Origin: Octopus vulgaris
Lineage: Eukaryota
Direction of reading: 5' to 3'
Length of the DNA: 64,000 nt
Assembly: GCA_951406725.2 (NCBI GenBank)
Contig: OX597833.1
Location: 18,290,001-18,354,000 of the forward strand
The translations under genes and the position numbers were made by a program. Shown here piece by piece: positions 12,942 through 28,393 of this stretch. How positions within the stretch are numbered: position 1 is the stretch's first letter; each line of letters opens with the position of its first letter. Under the pieces are notes generated by a model. The model searched no databases, had not been told where the DNA came from, and worked only from the letters and a program-made list of their open reading frames with translations.

Positions 12942-13355
12942 TGAGGTACCCGGCAATGCCCGGGTTAAAGATGAGGCTTTGTTCAAAATTGGATGTATCA
13001 GTTTTTTTCTTAATAATTTTTGTGATGAGGGATTTTAACATTACTGAAATAACAAATCCTGTGAGATCAACAACAATAATACTTGAAATAGAAAATACAT
13101 AAAAAGCAAGTTATGATAAAACATATTTATATACAACATTATGAGTTTTTTCTTAGTGAAATATAAATGAAAAGATTTTTTGAACTTCTAATACGTGAGC
13201 ATCACACCTTTTTACCCAGTGAATATACTGTGCAGCTCTTATCATGCCTGTTGAGATACTCTGTAGGCGCAAAAAAATATGAGAGATTTTCGATGATCAA
13301 ATCTTTATATTTTCTGAGCTTATTATTATTGTTGTTGTTGTTGTTGTTATTGTTA

Positions 13356-13432
<77 letters not shown>

Positions 13433-13433
<1 letters not shown>

Positions 13434-13660
13434 TATGTTTGACTTTTGCTTTATATTTGTACAAGTTGGCTCCAAGTCTCACCCAGAGACCTCAAGAGAC
13501 AACAGGGTTGGAAGTTCATGTTGTTGTTATGCCTAGTGTGCCATATATTTGTGGGGTGGGGTGTTGTACTAATGAATGTCTAAAAAAAAAAGTTTTTTTT
13601 TTTTTTAAACCGAAAATTATGTTTGTTTTAAACCTTGAGATTACATAGAGAGTATTTTGC

Positions 13661-13663
<3 letters not shown>
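13433..13663 (-). mobile_element. 3' end of R4/Dong-like RLE non-LTR retrotransposon
   Basis: Homologous to the 3' UTR and ORF end at 14020-14210; bounded by (TTA)n arrays on both sides. Confidence 0.75.
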
Positions 13664-13722
<59 letters not shown>

Positions 13723-13975
13723 GCTATTTGCATTATGTGATGAAAACGCACAGCTTATTTTGCTGCGTATGATGGAGTGTGTCAGCTGTCCACAGCCAGC
13801 AAGGTGACACTTGTTTACTGGTCATGCTTCAAGAACCCTGCGAATAATTCTTACAGTTCCATGCAATGTTGATTTTTATAGGTGTTCTACCTTTACATTT
13901 GCACCAATCGTTTCAGCCATGTTGGTCGTTGAGTTCTAATACTTCCAAGAGCGCCAATTACAATTGGTATTACGT
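13723..13975 (-). mobile_element. 3' end of a second R4/Dong-like family
   Basis: Minus strand VIPIVIGALGS ... HGTVRIIRRVLEA* (frameshifted), then UTR and (TAA)n. Confidence 0.7.
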
Positions 13976-14019
13976 CTACTCTCCGTATTATTATTGTTGT
14001 TGTTGTTGTTGTTGTTGTT

Positions 14020-15068
14020 ATATGTTTGATATGTACACGTCTCACCCAGAGATCTCAAGAGACAACAAGTTAGAAGTTCAAGTTAGTGTTATGCCTAGGA
14101 TGCCATATATTTGGTTTAGCACAAAGTATTGTTCCAGAGAATGTTTAAGAAAACATAAGAAAATTATAAACTTGTTTTAAAATTTGAAATTACATAAACA
14201 GTAATTTACGTAGGATATGGGCAGTTCCCATGAGCACTATTTTTTGAATTTCTGCCATTTTTGGATTTCCTGGTAAGTGAGCTACATACCAATCAGCCCG
14301 TTTTGATATCATTCCTAATGCACCTATGACAAAAGGTATTTAGTCTTGAGGTTTCACATTTTGCCAATTTCTATTTCAAGATCTTTATACTTGCTCAGTT
14401 TTTGGTAGGTCTAGAAAGATATATTTATGTCGACTGGGACAGTCATATCGATAAGGAGGCATGAATTTTGTCTGAAGTCCTTCAATATAATGTGTGCCGT
14501 TTGTCTTTCATCCTTTCGGAGTCGATAAATTAAGTACCATTTACGTACTGTGGTCGATCTAATCGACTGGCACCACTCCCCCAAAATTTCGGGATTTGTG
14601 CCTAGAGTAGAAAAGAATATAATATGTGTCCTATTCGCATCTATCTTCCGGTTTGTTTGAACGATGAAGTTCCAGAGAAGTGAGATGTGATCATTTTCAA
14701 GTACTGGAGGTGGTTTGTGTTCCCACTAGTTGTTATCATAGGGTAGGTAGGTCCAAGTTTTTGCAAATTACCCAATAAATATACTGTGCAGCTCTATCAT
14801 GCCTGTTGAGATACTCTGTAGGTGTAAGAAGACTGCACCCGGAGACATCATGTTCGATGGCTCCATTTTGTTGTTTACATACACGACATGTTGGGCTACT
14901 ACCATTCTTTAATATGTTGGCCTGGTAGTTCCTTGTAGGTAGGCATTGATCTTGGGCTGCTATGATAAACCCTTTTGTTTCTGATTTTTAAGCCAGAAGA
15001 CACCAACTATTGATGGGTAAGTGCTTTGTCAACATCGACAATATTAGCTCTCTTTGGGTATTTATTTG

Positions 15069-15070
<2 letters not shown>
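14020..15070 (-). mobile_element. R4/Dong-like retrotransposon fragment: zinc knuckle and restriction-like endonuclease
   Basis: IAAQDQCLPTRNYQ...CRVC...H..SGC...YLNRHD...IDMTVP...KYKDLEIEI...VIGALG...QKIVLMGTAHILRK; frameshifts and stops; SINE-A inserted at about 14500-14616. Confidence 0.9.
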
Positions 15071-15165
<95 letters not shown>

Positions 15166-15191
15166 TGATGATAATAATAATAATAATAATG

Positions 15192-15247
<56 letters not shown>

Positions 15248-15275
15248 CATCATCATCATCATTATTATTATTATT

Positions 15276-15942
<667 letters not shown>

Positions 15943-15944
15943 CG

Positions 15945-15985
<41 letters not shown>

Positions 15986-16982
15986 CACTATTCTATATAG
16001 ATCGTTTTCTGAACAGTTATCGAAACAAAAAGAAAACAAAAGAAAGAAAATAAAGAATACGAAGAGGGGCTGAAAATATCTAATTCATTGACAAAAAAGG
16101 AGAAATGAATAAAGTTGCGAATGAATGGTAGTGTTGGTTAATGAAAGAATCGGAAATATATGTGACATCATAATCTCTTCTGCTACTTCCTACAGTTTCT
16201 TTTCAGTTTTCCTTCTTTCATTCTTTTCTTTCTTCTTCTCTCGCTCTTTCTCTGAAACTGCGAAGTTGGGGAGATAGAGACTGAGAGAACGGACGAAGCG
16301 AGAGATATAAAAGGATGTTGAGTAAACAGAGGGAGATAAATAAAGATGCTGACAGCGGTAGTTTAAAAACTGAGTAACCCACACGCTCAAATAAGCAGCT
16401 GTTCCAAAGTCCTTTCGTGAATGAGATCTCGTATAGAAATCTGTTGTAGAGTAGATGGTTTATTGAAACTGGTTCTTTATCTTGTGATTCGAGATTTGAG
16501 TTTCATGCCATTACGATCTTCAGGCGAGGAAAAGTACTACTAGATTTTTATGGCGCACAAACACACACGCACACACACACACACGCACACAGACGATCAC
16601 ACATACACATGTACACACACATACACACATGTATATTGTGTGAGTGTGGCCACGTACTTCTGTTTGTTCGTCAGTTGGGGTTTTGTATTAGCTGTTATTT
16701 AGCTGCCATTTCATTAGTTATCTTTTGGGATGACATGTTTGTCGTGTCTGTTAGTCAAGGAGTGCACTTTAAAATTTGTTATACTTTTTCCTGATTTATT
16801 TCGTCAAATACTATTCTTTCTTCAAATTATTAATTACTGGTTTGCTTTTTTTCTATGGTGTTACGTCTGCAAATATATTCATTCAGTTTTGAGGATTAAA
16901 AAAAATGCTAAATATTATGCAGACGCCCGCGAGTGTGCGTGTGCCTGCCTGCGTACGTGTGTGTATGTGCATGTGTGTGTGC

Positions 16983-17087
<105 letters not shown>

Positions 17088-17227
17088 GAAAACAGGAAAC
17101 CGTTAATGTTGCTGTTAGTGAATTCATTACTGCTTCAGGGCTTTTAACCTCTAACACAGTCAGGACATATTCGAAATGCCAAATCTATATATTTCGTTGA
17201 GTTAGAACATATATGAAATCAAAAAAA

Positions 17228-17329
<102 letters not shown>

Positions 17330-17387
17330 GAATATGTATATATATATGTATATGTATATATATATATATGTATGTATGTATATGTAT

Positions 17388-17419
<32 letters not shown>

Positions 17420-17609
17420 GCATATGTAGATATATAGATATATGCACGTATATATACATAAATGCTTGTTGATATATATATATATGTGTGTGTGCATATA
17501 TATATGTATATGTATATATATATCTGTATATATATACATGTGTGTGTGTGCGCGCTGGAATGATTATGCATACATAAATGTATATATATTTGCATGTGTG
17601 TTTGTGTAT

Positions 17610-17688
<79 letters not shown>

Positions 17689-18241
17689 TACAGAGTGAGC
17701 GAGAAAGATGTATAGCAGAATTTGGAATAAATTTAAACGCATTGCTATATAATGCGATCCCTGTACAATACAAATGTACAATCTGCTCTAAATACTTCCT
17801 AACATCGTCACAACGCTACCTCCAGTGAGACTACAACCACCATACCATTACCACCACCACCACCACAACCAACAATAACAACAAACAACACAAACAATAA
17901 AAACAAAACACCGGGGGCCCCCCATATAGTAACCAACATTTCAGGCCTAATCTTAAAGTCAGATTTAATTACATAAAATAAATGACGGACTGATAAACAA
18001 AACAATAAAGAAAAAGAAAATGGAAGCAACATCGTCGTCGTCATCGTCGTCGTCGTCGTCGCCGACGTCATAATGATGATGATGGTGATGATAATCATCA
18101 TCATCATTATTGTTGCTGTTGTTATTATCGTATCACCTCAAGCATTCGATTCATAGGAATAAATAAACCGAAACATTTTGCGATGCAGCTTAAAGAATGA
18201 ATAAACGACACCTGACGAACGACTACACACCTCACATCACG

Positions 18242-18296
18242 ATGTACGCTTATGGTTCCATAATTAGACTACTGAGTCTTTTTTCAACATTCTCAG
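18242..18296 (+). CDS. Cadherin gene, first coding exon (signal peptide)
   Basis: MYAYGSIIRLLSLFSTFS + G, strong donor CAG|GTAAGA; phase 1 matches exon 29529 (VLSSLK...). In-frame upstream ATG at 18197. Confidence 0.7.
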
Positions 18297-18612
18297 GTAA
18301 GAAATAATCGAATCTTAATTACAAATTTCAATACTGATTGAATTTATGCAGTTTTTGAACTTCAAAATAACATTTATTAAAAAATTTGTTGAGTAAGAGA
18401 CCGTTTTGAGTTCGGTCTCATATCGTGCGGTACCTTGGCTAATTGTCTTCTGCTATGACCCCGAGCCAACCAATGCCTTGAAAGAGAATTTAGTAGACAG
18501 AAATTGTGTGGAATACACACATAAATACATACATACATAGGTACATAGATACATATATACATATAAACATACATAAATGCATACATACATACATGCATGC
18601 ATACATACATAC

Positions 18613-18674
<62 letters not shown>

Positions 18675-18814
18675 ATTATGATATATATATATATATATAT
18701 ATACATATTATGATATATATATATTATGACATCATTCTTTTGATGTCATTATTATTATTATAAATATATAAATATATATATGTATGTATGTATGTATGCA
18801 TGTATTTATGTATG

Positions 18815-18845
<31 letters not shown>

Positions 18846-18886
18846 CTATGTATGTAAAACAGAACTGGGAATAAGGACCATCGTCC

Positions 18887-18956
<70 letters not shown>

Positions 18957-19190
18957 CATTATTATTATTATTATAATTATTGTCATTACTGTGAAGCATT
19001 TCCTAGAATATATTGTATAAAAGATCGTGGGTCAGGCCAAAGCAATGCGAAGTAAATGCAAGGTAAATAACAAGAAAACAAATATTAAATACAAGGTAAG
19101 TCTACATTAATTCACATATTTGATTTCTTGTGTGATTTACATTGCAGTTACTTCGCATTGTTTTGCCCTTACCCACGACCTTTTATACAA

Positions 19191-19221
<31 letters not shown>

Positions 19222-19372
19222 GTACATACATACTAAGAAAAAATGATTACATAGTGCAATACAGTGGTATTGCTTCTCAGAAAATATTGGTGCATTATTG
19301 TACCACTATTTATATATATATATAGTCTATATATATATATATATATCTATATCTATATATATATCTATATCT

Positions 19373-19427
<55 letters not shown>

Positions 19428-19473
19428 TATATTTATATACATATATATATATATATATATATACATATATATT

Positions 19474-19514
<41 letters not shown>

Positions 19515-19640
19515 AATTATATATAATTTATTTTACTAAGCCCTTTTATATATATAATTTGAATTCGCCTTAAATGGTCCCTTGCATACTGAACACTTGG
19601 TGAAATTAATTAATAATTAATTAATTTTACCCTATTGTTG

Positions 19641-19707
<67 letters not shown>

Positions 19708-19852
19708 TATGTGTGTGTGTGTATAATATGTGACAACCAACTAATTGTCACATATATTTATGGATAAATTCCTCTATTTTACATAATATCGAGGTCTCAT
19801 TCATTCTTTTGTTGCCATATTATTATTATTATTATCATTATTATTATTATTA

Positions 19853-19962
<110 letters not shown>

Positions 19963-21469
19963 GTTGTTGTTGTCTAAAATTGTTAGATTCGGCTCCAGCA
20001 ATGTATAGCTTCTTTTTTTCATTCAAATTTTTGGCACAAGACCAACAATTACGGAGCAGGGGTTTAGCCGATTATATAGTCCCTGATGCTTAACTGGCAC
20101 GTATTTCATCGACCCTGAAAGGATGAAAGGCAAAGTCGACATCGGCGGAATTTGAACTCAGAACATAAGGACGAACAAAATGCCGCTACTCATTTTGCCC
20201 CATCGTACTAACTAATCTGTCAGCTCGCCACCTTAATTCAAAGACATATCAAATTCAAATTTTGGCATAAGGCCAGCAATTTTGGGTGTGTGGGCAAGTC
20301 GATTACAATGATCCCAGTGCTGGACTGGTACTTATTTTATCGACCTTGAAATGATGAAAGGGAAAGCCGACCTCGGCGGAATTTGAACTCCGAGCGTAAA
20401 GATGGATGAAATACCGCTAACCATTTTGCCTTGTGTGGTAACGATTCTACCGGGTCGTTGCTTTAATTTGCTCTGTAATATTAAACACGTACTGAAGGCG
20501 GAGATCTGGCAGAATCTTTAGCAGTCCAGGGAAAATGCTTAGCAGTATTTCGTCCGTTTGTACATTCTTACATAAAATTCCACTGAGAGTGACTTCGCCT
20601 TTCATGATTTCGGAGTTGTTAAAATAGAAACCAGATGAGCCCTGGGATCAATGTAATTGATTCCCCCACTCCCTCGGAATTGCTGGCCTAGTGCTAAAAT
20701 TTTAAACCAACATTAAACACATACTTACGAGCACACAGCCATACATTTATTCAGGGACATAGGTAAACATATGTGCATAGGACTAAAATCACTGGTACAT
20801 ACATACCTAGATACAAAACTCCTTGTGTATATGAAATATAGTTATGTAATATTCTATACATGTATCAGAGTCTTAATGGATAAGAGCATTTATATAGAAA
20901 TAAAGGTTACAAATCCAGTTCTATTTACAACTAGAGAGGAGTATGATAACTGATGTGTATTATGCAATGGAATCGATCGAAACGTAGGGGTGATATCCAT
21001 ATTTAAATTGTACATAAATATTAATGATTTTACCAGCTTCCAGGAATATGCTTAATATTCAGATATTTAAGTCACATGTCAGCTCCGATAGAGCAGACCT
21101 ATGATAAAATGTCTTCCTTCCGAGCCTAACATGTTATTTCCTCTAGTTATAATGTATATTAGTCAATGCATCTTCCATTTTTAAGACGGTTATTTGAAGG
21201 TGAGACTAGCAGCTATTTCCTGCATATCGAGCAATCACTTAGAGCCTCCTTCACCAACGTAAGTGCTCCGATAAAACAAACGATTTGTCGGAGCTCTTAG
21301 TTCTTCAGGCAGTCTAAGACTATATTATTCAGATCGATCCTTCTTGGATCGATAGAGTGTAGAAGCAGATGGACAGAAGAATTAAGGAGGGGCGAGAAAA
21401 AGTGACAGGGACATAGTGAAGTGAAAAGTGAGTAAGAAAGGGCTTTTCCATTCTTGTTGTCGTATACAT

Positions 21470-21700
21470 TCGATGCTTTCTTCCAAGAAATCTAATGCTC
21501 TTAGCTTAGTTTTTCCTTAGGGCTGGCCAGATTGGAGCAATCTCAAGATTAATCAGCCGAAATTGCGAGGATGATCCGGTTCTTAACTGAGGATAGAAAG
21601 TTTCGAATGACCCGTCCTTGTTTTTTTCTGTATCGTCTATCTGGATGTTTTGTTGTCTCTTTTTGTATCACCTAGTTGTCCGGATGTTTTGCGTTCTTGT
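21470..21700 (+). repeat. Dispersed repeat, probable Penelope-like terminal region
   Basis: Homologous to 32000-32175 on the minus strand (AAATCTAATGC..TAGCTTAG..GGGCTGGCC..CAGCCGAAATT..CTGA.GA); both adjoin (TA)n. Confidence 0.55.
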
Positions 21701-22068
21701 CCATTTTGTATTTTATATATATATGTATATATATATATATATGACCTACCAGGCTATCAAATGTTGCTACACATCGCTGGTCACAATGAGCTTCGCATTG
21801 TTTTAGCCTTCAAATGACACCACCCCGCTGGCTAAGTGAGCAGGCCAACAAAAGAAAGAATGAGAGAAAGTTGTGGTGAAAGAGTACAGCAGGGATCGCC
21901 ACCACCCCCTGCCGGAGTCTCGTGGAACTTAAGTGTTTTCGCTCAAAAAACACTCACAATGCTCGGTCTGGGAATCGAAACCGCGAGTCCGCTACCCCAA
22001 CCGCTGGGTCATTGCGCCTCCACTTATATATATATATATATATATTACATATATATATATATATATAT

Positions 22069-22103
<35 letters not shown>

Positions 22104-22419
22104 TACGGGATTCCTTTAATTTCCGCCTACCAAATCCACTCACAAGGCTATGGTCGGCTCAGGGCTACAGTAGACAGAGAAGACACTTGCCTATATGTCA
22201 CGTGGTGGAACTGAACCCGGAAACATATAGCAGTGAAGCAAACTTCTTACCACTCAACCACGTGTTTCTTGTGCTTTTTATCCTTATGTTTACAAACAAA
22301 ATTATTTTCCCTGTAGGACTAAACAAAGTGTTTCTTAATTCCATTTTTACGGGTTCGGTCACAAATAACAAAAAAGACAGTCGAACTTAAAATACAGTTT
22401 GTTCCATCACATTTGTTGT

Positions 22420-22876
<457 letters not shown>

Positions 22877-22904
22877 ATCTTTCTCTCTCTCTCTCTCACT
22901 CTCT

Positions 22905-23190
22905 ATCTTAGGTCCTCTAGCACTGACAGCACCACGGGGAACGAACCTTCTCCAGACATTCCAATTACTCGCCTTCCTCCCTGTTCCACTCGGGCCAACT
23001 CCTAATGCTATCGTATCAACCCGGAACGTACCGCGCCACACCTTTGGTCTTCCCCTCTGTCTTTTTCCTCTTCCCAGCGTCCACTTCATCACGATGACAG
23101 CATGTTCCTCCTACAGCAATAGAAGCACACGAACAGTAAACCGTGTCCACCGTTAGTCCTGCAAATTTCCTAAGCCTTCTCGTTGCCTTT
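22905..23190 (-). mobile_element. RTE-clade LINE 3' fragment
   Basis: MKWTLGRGKRQRGRPKVWRGTF...ASNWNVWRRFV, an RTE C-terminal GRP/W motif. Confidence 0.7.
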
Positions 23191-23500
23191 GCTTTTTATT
23201 CTGTCCAACTAAGAGATACCCAGAATTGAACACAAGCATCTACATATGAATTTAATATCTTCATCATTAAAAGTGGTAGCAAGGAAAATAAATGTAACAA
23301 AATCAATGCTAAAAGGTGTAGACATTGCTGTGTTGTTAAGAAGCCCTCATTGCAACCATTTCGGTTCAAGTTCAGTTCCGTTCTGTGGGACTGGATCCCC
23401 AGGCCGACTAACGTGTTGAGCATGAATTTGGTCGGTGAAAACTGTGCGAAAGCCCGTCGCACACACACACACACACACACATAGACATGTGTGTGTGTGT

Positions 23501-23748
23501 GGAGGCGCGTGGCTTAGTGGTCAGGGTGTCAGCATCATGATCGTAAGATTGTGGTTTCGATTCCTGGACCGTGCGACGCGTTGTTTTCTTGAGCAAAACA
23601 CTTCATTTCACGTTGCTCCAGTTCACTCAGCTGGCGAAAATGAGTAACGCTGCTATGGACTGGCGTCCCGTCCAGCTGGGGAACACATACGCCATAGAAA
23701 CCGGGAAACAGGGATCATGAGCCTTGCTAGGCTTTAGAGGGGCGCATT
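23501..23748 (+). mobile_element. tRNA-derived SINE, family C
   Basis: GGAGGCGCGTGGCTTAGTGG head, GGTTTCGATTCC B-box, V-domain-like GCTATGGACTGGCGTCCCGTCCAG; copies at 36570-36817 (+), 61032-61280 (-, TSD TTTAATGTAATAT), 1777, 53462, 59140. Confidence 0.9.
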
Positions 23749-23750
23749 TG

Positions 23751-23876
<126 letters not shown>

Positions 23877-24014
23877 CGGAGATGTACTCGCATAGCAAGT
23901 AATTTGATCTGAGATCGTGTGCTGAAACGAAAACAATTGCAGCGTGGAAGGTGTTTATAAGCCATTTAAGAAACACACAAAAGCCGTTCGATTCACTTCA
24001 ACATTTAAGTTTAA

Positions 24015-24064
24015 TTTGTCAAAATATTTTCGTCGCTAAAATCCGCGACCTGTTCACTGACAAA
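24015..24064 (-). ncRNA. Minimal hammerhead ribozyme motif, G3:C8 variant (mirror copy)
   Basis: Reverse complement of 24102-24151. Confidence 0.7.
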
Positions 24065-24101
24065 GTCCGTGCTGCATCTCGTGCTGAGATGCAGCACGGA
24101 C

Positions 24102-24151
24102 TTTGTCAGTGAACAGGTCGCGGATTTTAGCGACGAAAATATTTTGACAAA
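24102..24151 (+). ncRNA. Minimal type I hammerhead ribozyme motif, G3:C8 variant
   Basis: TTTGTCA-GTGAACA-G-GTCGC-GGATTTTA-GCGAC-GAAA-ATAT-TT-TGACAAA: 7-bp stem I, 5-bp stem II, palindromic stem III. Confidence 0.7.
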
Positions 24152-24228
24152 TTAAACTTAAATGTTGAAGTGAATCGAACGGCTTTTGTGTGTTTCTTAA
24201 ATGGCTTATAAACACCTTCCACGCTGCA

Positions 24229-24275
<47 letters not shown>

Positions 24276-24497
24276 GTTTGCATGTATGTATGTATGTCTA
24301 TATACGCGTGTGTGTATATATATATATATGTATAATACATACATATGGGCATGTATGTCTGTTTGTGTATGTATATATATACACATACACACAAAAAACA
24401 TGTATATTATTATAGATAGATAGATAGATGAATTGTAATACGATAGTAAAATAATTCAACATATGCATGCAGACAAGCACACTCACACACACACACA

Positions 24498-24551
<54 letters not shown>

Positions 24552-25356
24552 GATACATACATATTTAGATACATACATACACACAAATCATTCGCAAACA
24601 TACATACACATATATACACACAGAAACATCAAGACGAATTTCGTTTGCAAAATTTGCTTACTAAACGGATTGAACGTAACAGTTTTCAAAACCCTTAGCA
24701 ATTTACACTGGGGGCAGGTGTGCGATGCACATGCAGCGCTCTCGGCAATATGTGTGATGTCGGTAGATCTTGTTGGTTGATCAATGCACAAAGAAAGTTA
24801 AAAACTGACTGAACAAAAGAAGGAAATACATAACCTCACCATGTCACTACTCACAGACATATCTAAAGTGATAAATGGCTTTGCATGCCGCAGGGCAAAC
24901 TATAAGTTACTGCTTGACATTTCGTTCTTAAATATAGGGGCAGGCAGGCAGGCAGGCAGGCGGGCAGGCATGACTGTGTGGTTAAGATGGTCGCTTTACA
25001 ATCACGTGGTTTCTTACATATTCCCGCCCCGCTGTGCAGCACCTTGTGCGAGTGACCTTTGGTGCAGCTCCCGGGCCGCTTGATGTCTCGTGAGTGAATT
25101 ACGTGGACGGGAAACAGTGTGGAAGGTTCGTCGTGTATGAGTGTGTATATATACATGTGCGTGTGTGTGTCTGTGTGTGTGTGTGTGTGTTTGTGCGTGT
25201 GTGTGTGCGTGCGTGGACAACTGTCCAACGAACGGAAACATGAAATTTTAAGTAACGGAATTGTGATACTGTTGCATTTTAATAGAAGCATATTACTCTA
25301 CCGTTAATATTCGAGTGCTATCTTTCTAACTTGTTTTGCACTTATGTGCTCACCTG

Positions 25357-25528
<172 letters not shown>

Positions 25529-26109
25529 CTACACGTGGAAATGTAAGGGAAAATAAGAAGAAAAAGAAGCGAAAATGCACATTGGAAATCAAAATAGTAA
25601 AGGCTTTTTATGAAAGGTAACGATAGATATATACAATTAGATGAACTGAGGTAGGAATAAAAGTAATAAAAGTCATTATTGTGAATTGTTAAAGAGATTT
25701 AAAAGCATACCGGTTTCGTAAATTCACTAATCAATCTTTATTTCAGATTTAATTAGTAAAACATCTCTATTTATTGTTATCACCAGCAAAAAAAACCCCA
25801 GAAATTACTTAACATTAATTAGAAAGGTCCTAATTAATGAAGTGGTGTCAGCTGCAACAATTTTCTCCGAGTGCAGGGGACGTTGTGACACTTACTGGGT
25901 TACTTTCTTACAACTGTCGATAACTCGGAACTATGTTAACAAACAAGTTTAAAAGGAATACATCTCCTGCTTCTTGCATCTAGAAAGTATTATCTTAATT
26001 AATTAACTGTGCTTTGAACCACCTCATATCCTAACTGCGATACTGAGAGCCTTCATCAGCCAATTTCCCCATTGTTATATGTACCTTCTAGTCGGAATCG
26101 TCCTCCATT

Positions 26110-26228
26110 AACTTTTCACCACACAGATCACACAGAAAGTCCTCTCGGCCATCGGTACAGTTAGTGTGTGCCGACTCTTTACAGATCATCCATTGCACCC
26201 ATTCTTCACCTGGAAGGGAGTTGGAATC
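26110..26228 (-). pseudogene. PHD-finger remnant, likely from a pogo/Tigger-type transposase
   Basis: GEEWVQWMICKESAHTNCTDGREDFLCDLC fits W-V-Q-C-x2-C-x4-H-x2-C...CxxC with one Cys lost. Confidence 0.6.
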
Positions 26229-26782
26229 TGAGCTGTGCAGTCATGATGCTATGGAGGTGGCCTTCACGAGGTAGAGACCCTAGTTCTTATTTCTTGAAGT
26301 TGGGCTTGTAACAACTTACCCGTGTAACAACTAGACCTGGTCTCCCCTATTATAAAAGACAAACTAATTATTTCATGTTCTCTCGAAGTTCGTCAGCCCT
26401 TATTATGTAAACAATGTATTGCGTGTACGTGTGTGTGAGTGTGTGTGTCTTTACTATTGTGTTTGTCTCTCACCACCTCCGTAACTTAGCAGTCTTTCAC
26501 ATCCTCCGTAACTTAGCAGTTCGGCAAAAGTGATCGATAGAAAAAGTACCAGACTTAAGGAAAATATATAAGTACTAGGGTCGACTTGCTCGACTAAGCC
26601 TTTGGAAGCAGTACTCCTGCACGACCACAGTTCAATAACTGCAACAATAAAAAAAATTAAAAAAAGATAAAACTCCTTTTCTGGATAAACATTTCAAGTA
26701 AAAAGAAGGGAAGACATGATGGAACCCTTGTTTCTCTCTCTCTCCCCCTCTCTACCTCTCTCTCGCTTTCTCTCTCTCTCTT

Positions 26783-26835
<53 letters not shown>

Positions 26836-27179
26836 ATCTATATATATATATATTTATTAATCTATCTATCGCCCTCTCTCTTTCTAAGTATCTTTTTTAC
26901 ACACGTCATATACACGCATGCGTACACATATACACCTCTTTCACTCACCTCACGCGTACACACACACGCACGCGCGCAAATGCAAACACGCACAAGTCTA
27001 CACATGCACATGCGCATACATACATTATATGTAAACATTCCACAAGGAAATATCGATTAACCATGTATACATGCGCAAATATATCAATATATCCGTACAC
27101 ATATGTGTGCTCATATACATACATACATACATACATACATATCATATCATATACATACATATACATACATACATATCAT

Positions 27180-27231
<52 letters not shown>

Positions 27232-27322
27232 GTATGTATGTATATACATATATTTGTGTGTGTGTGTGTGCGTGCGTGCTCGTATGTGCATGCGTATGCG
27301 TGTACGTATACACACACTCACA

Positions 27323-27399
<77 letters not shown>

Positions 27400-28316
27400 T
27401 GGACTGGAGCCACTAACCGGTTAATACGGATTAGAAGCGCCAAGCAGTGATTTATTTAATATAAACTTGTTACTTAGCGCTTCTAATCCGTATTATACTA
27501 CGGCCCAGCAGCCGGTTGACGCAACCAGTCAGAACCATAAGAGAGGCCTAGTCTCTTAGTCAGTTCACTGTCGCCTCTCTTTCCAGTGTTCGATGTTAAT
27601 GAGAAGATAATTACTTCCAATCCAAATACATGCATCTATCGATCTAGGTAGAGGGTGCTCAAAACTGCTCTGGTGTGCTTACACCGTTTTGTCAACAGCG
27701 GGAATATTTCTCTATGACAAAACGCAGTGAGCGAACTGTTTACGGTATCGAATACGTCTCAAACAATTTTAAACTGCTAAAAAGTATATTTATACATATT
27801 GTTATATTTAGGAATTTTACCAATTTATCGCATGCATTGGTCTTCATTTTAGCTTTATTTTTGTTCTTATTTTAGTCTCCTTTGTCTGAAATCTTTCGTA
27901 ACACGTCCCATGACCTCTTCAGCGACTCTCCATCCCACGTGTCTCCTCCTGTTCGTTTTAGTCCATTCATAGGAATGGCAAAAATATGACCACCCCCAAA
28001 TATAGCAATATTTGTTTCAACACACGGTTTCACATCAGGAATCTTGCAAAAACAAATGCATAAACGTAATTTATACAATAATTATCCTTAAACAATGAAA
28101 TTTTATTGTTACATGTACAAAATGATGAAATTAGATTTAAATTTTCAAATGACGAATATTTATCATTTGGCTGTGTGATAGTAACTCGTTTTGCAATCAC
28201 TTGACTTCAGTTTCAATCCTACTGCACGTTACCTTGGGCAAGTGACTTCTACTATAACTCCAAGCCGACCAATGAATTTGATTCACAGAAACTGCGTGGA
28301 AATCCATCTTGTATAC

Positions 28317-28393
<77 letters not shown>

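Larger units (their letters stand above)
23878..24233. mobile_element. Short Penelope-like element with inverted duplication (perfect 148-bp arms)
   Basis: 23933-24080 is the exact reverse complement of 24086-24233, loop GTGCT; inside (TA)n; carries a hammerhead motif; second copy at 31715-31915. Confidence 0.75.

Noticed and set aside
16421-16523. Alternative signal-peptide exon for the cadherin
   Set aside because: Weak GC donor and charged sequence; exon 18242-18296 has a consensus donor and a better hydrophobic core
23501-23575. tRNA gene-like sequences here and at 8658, 9828, 36570, 58198
   Set aside because: They are SINE heads continuing into SINE bodies, without a proper acceptor stem and terminator
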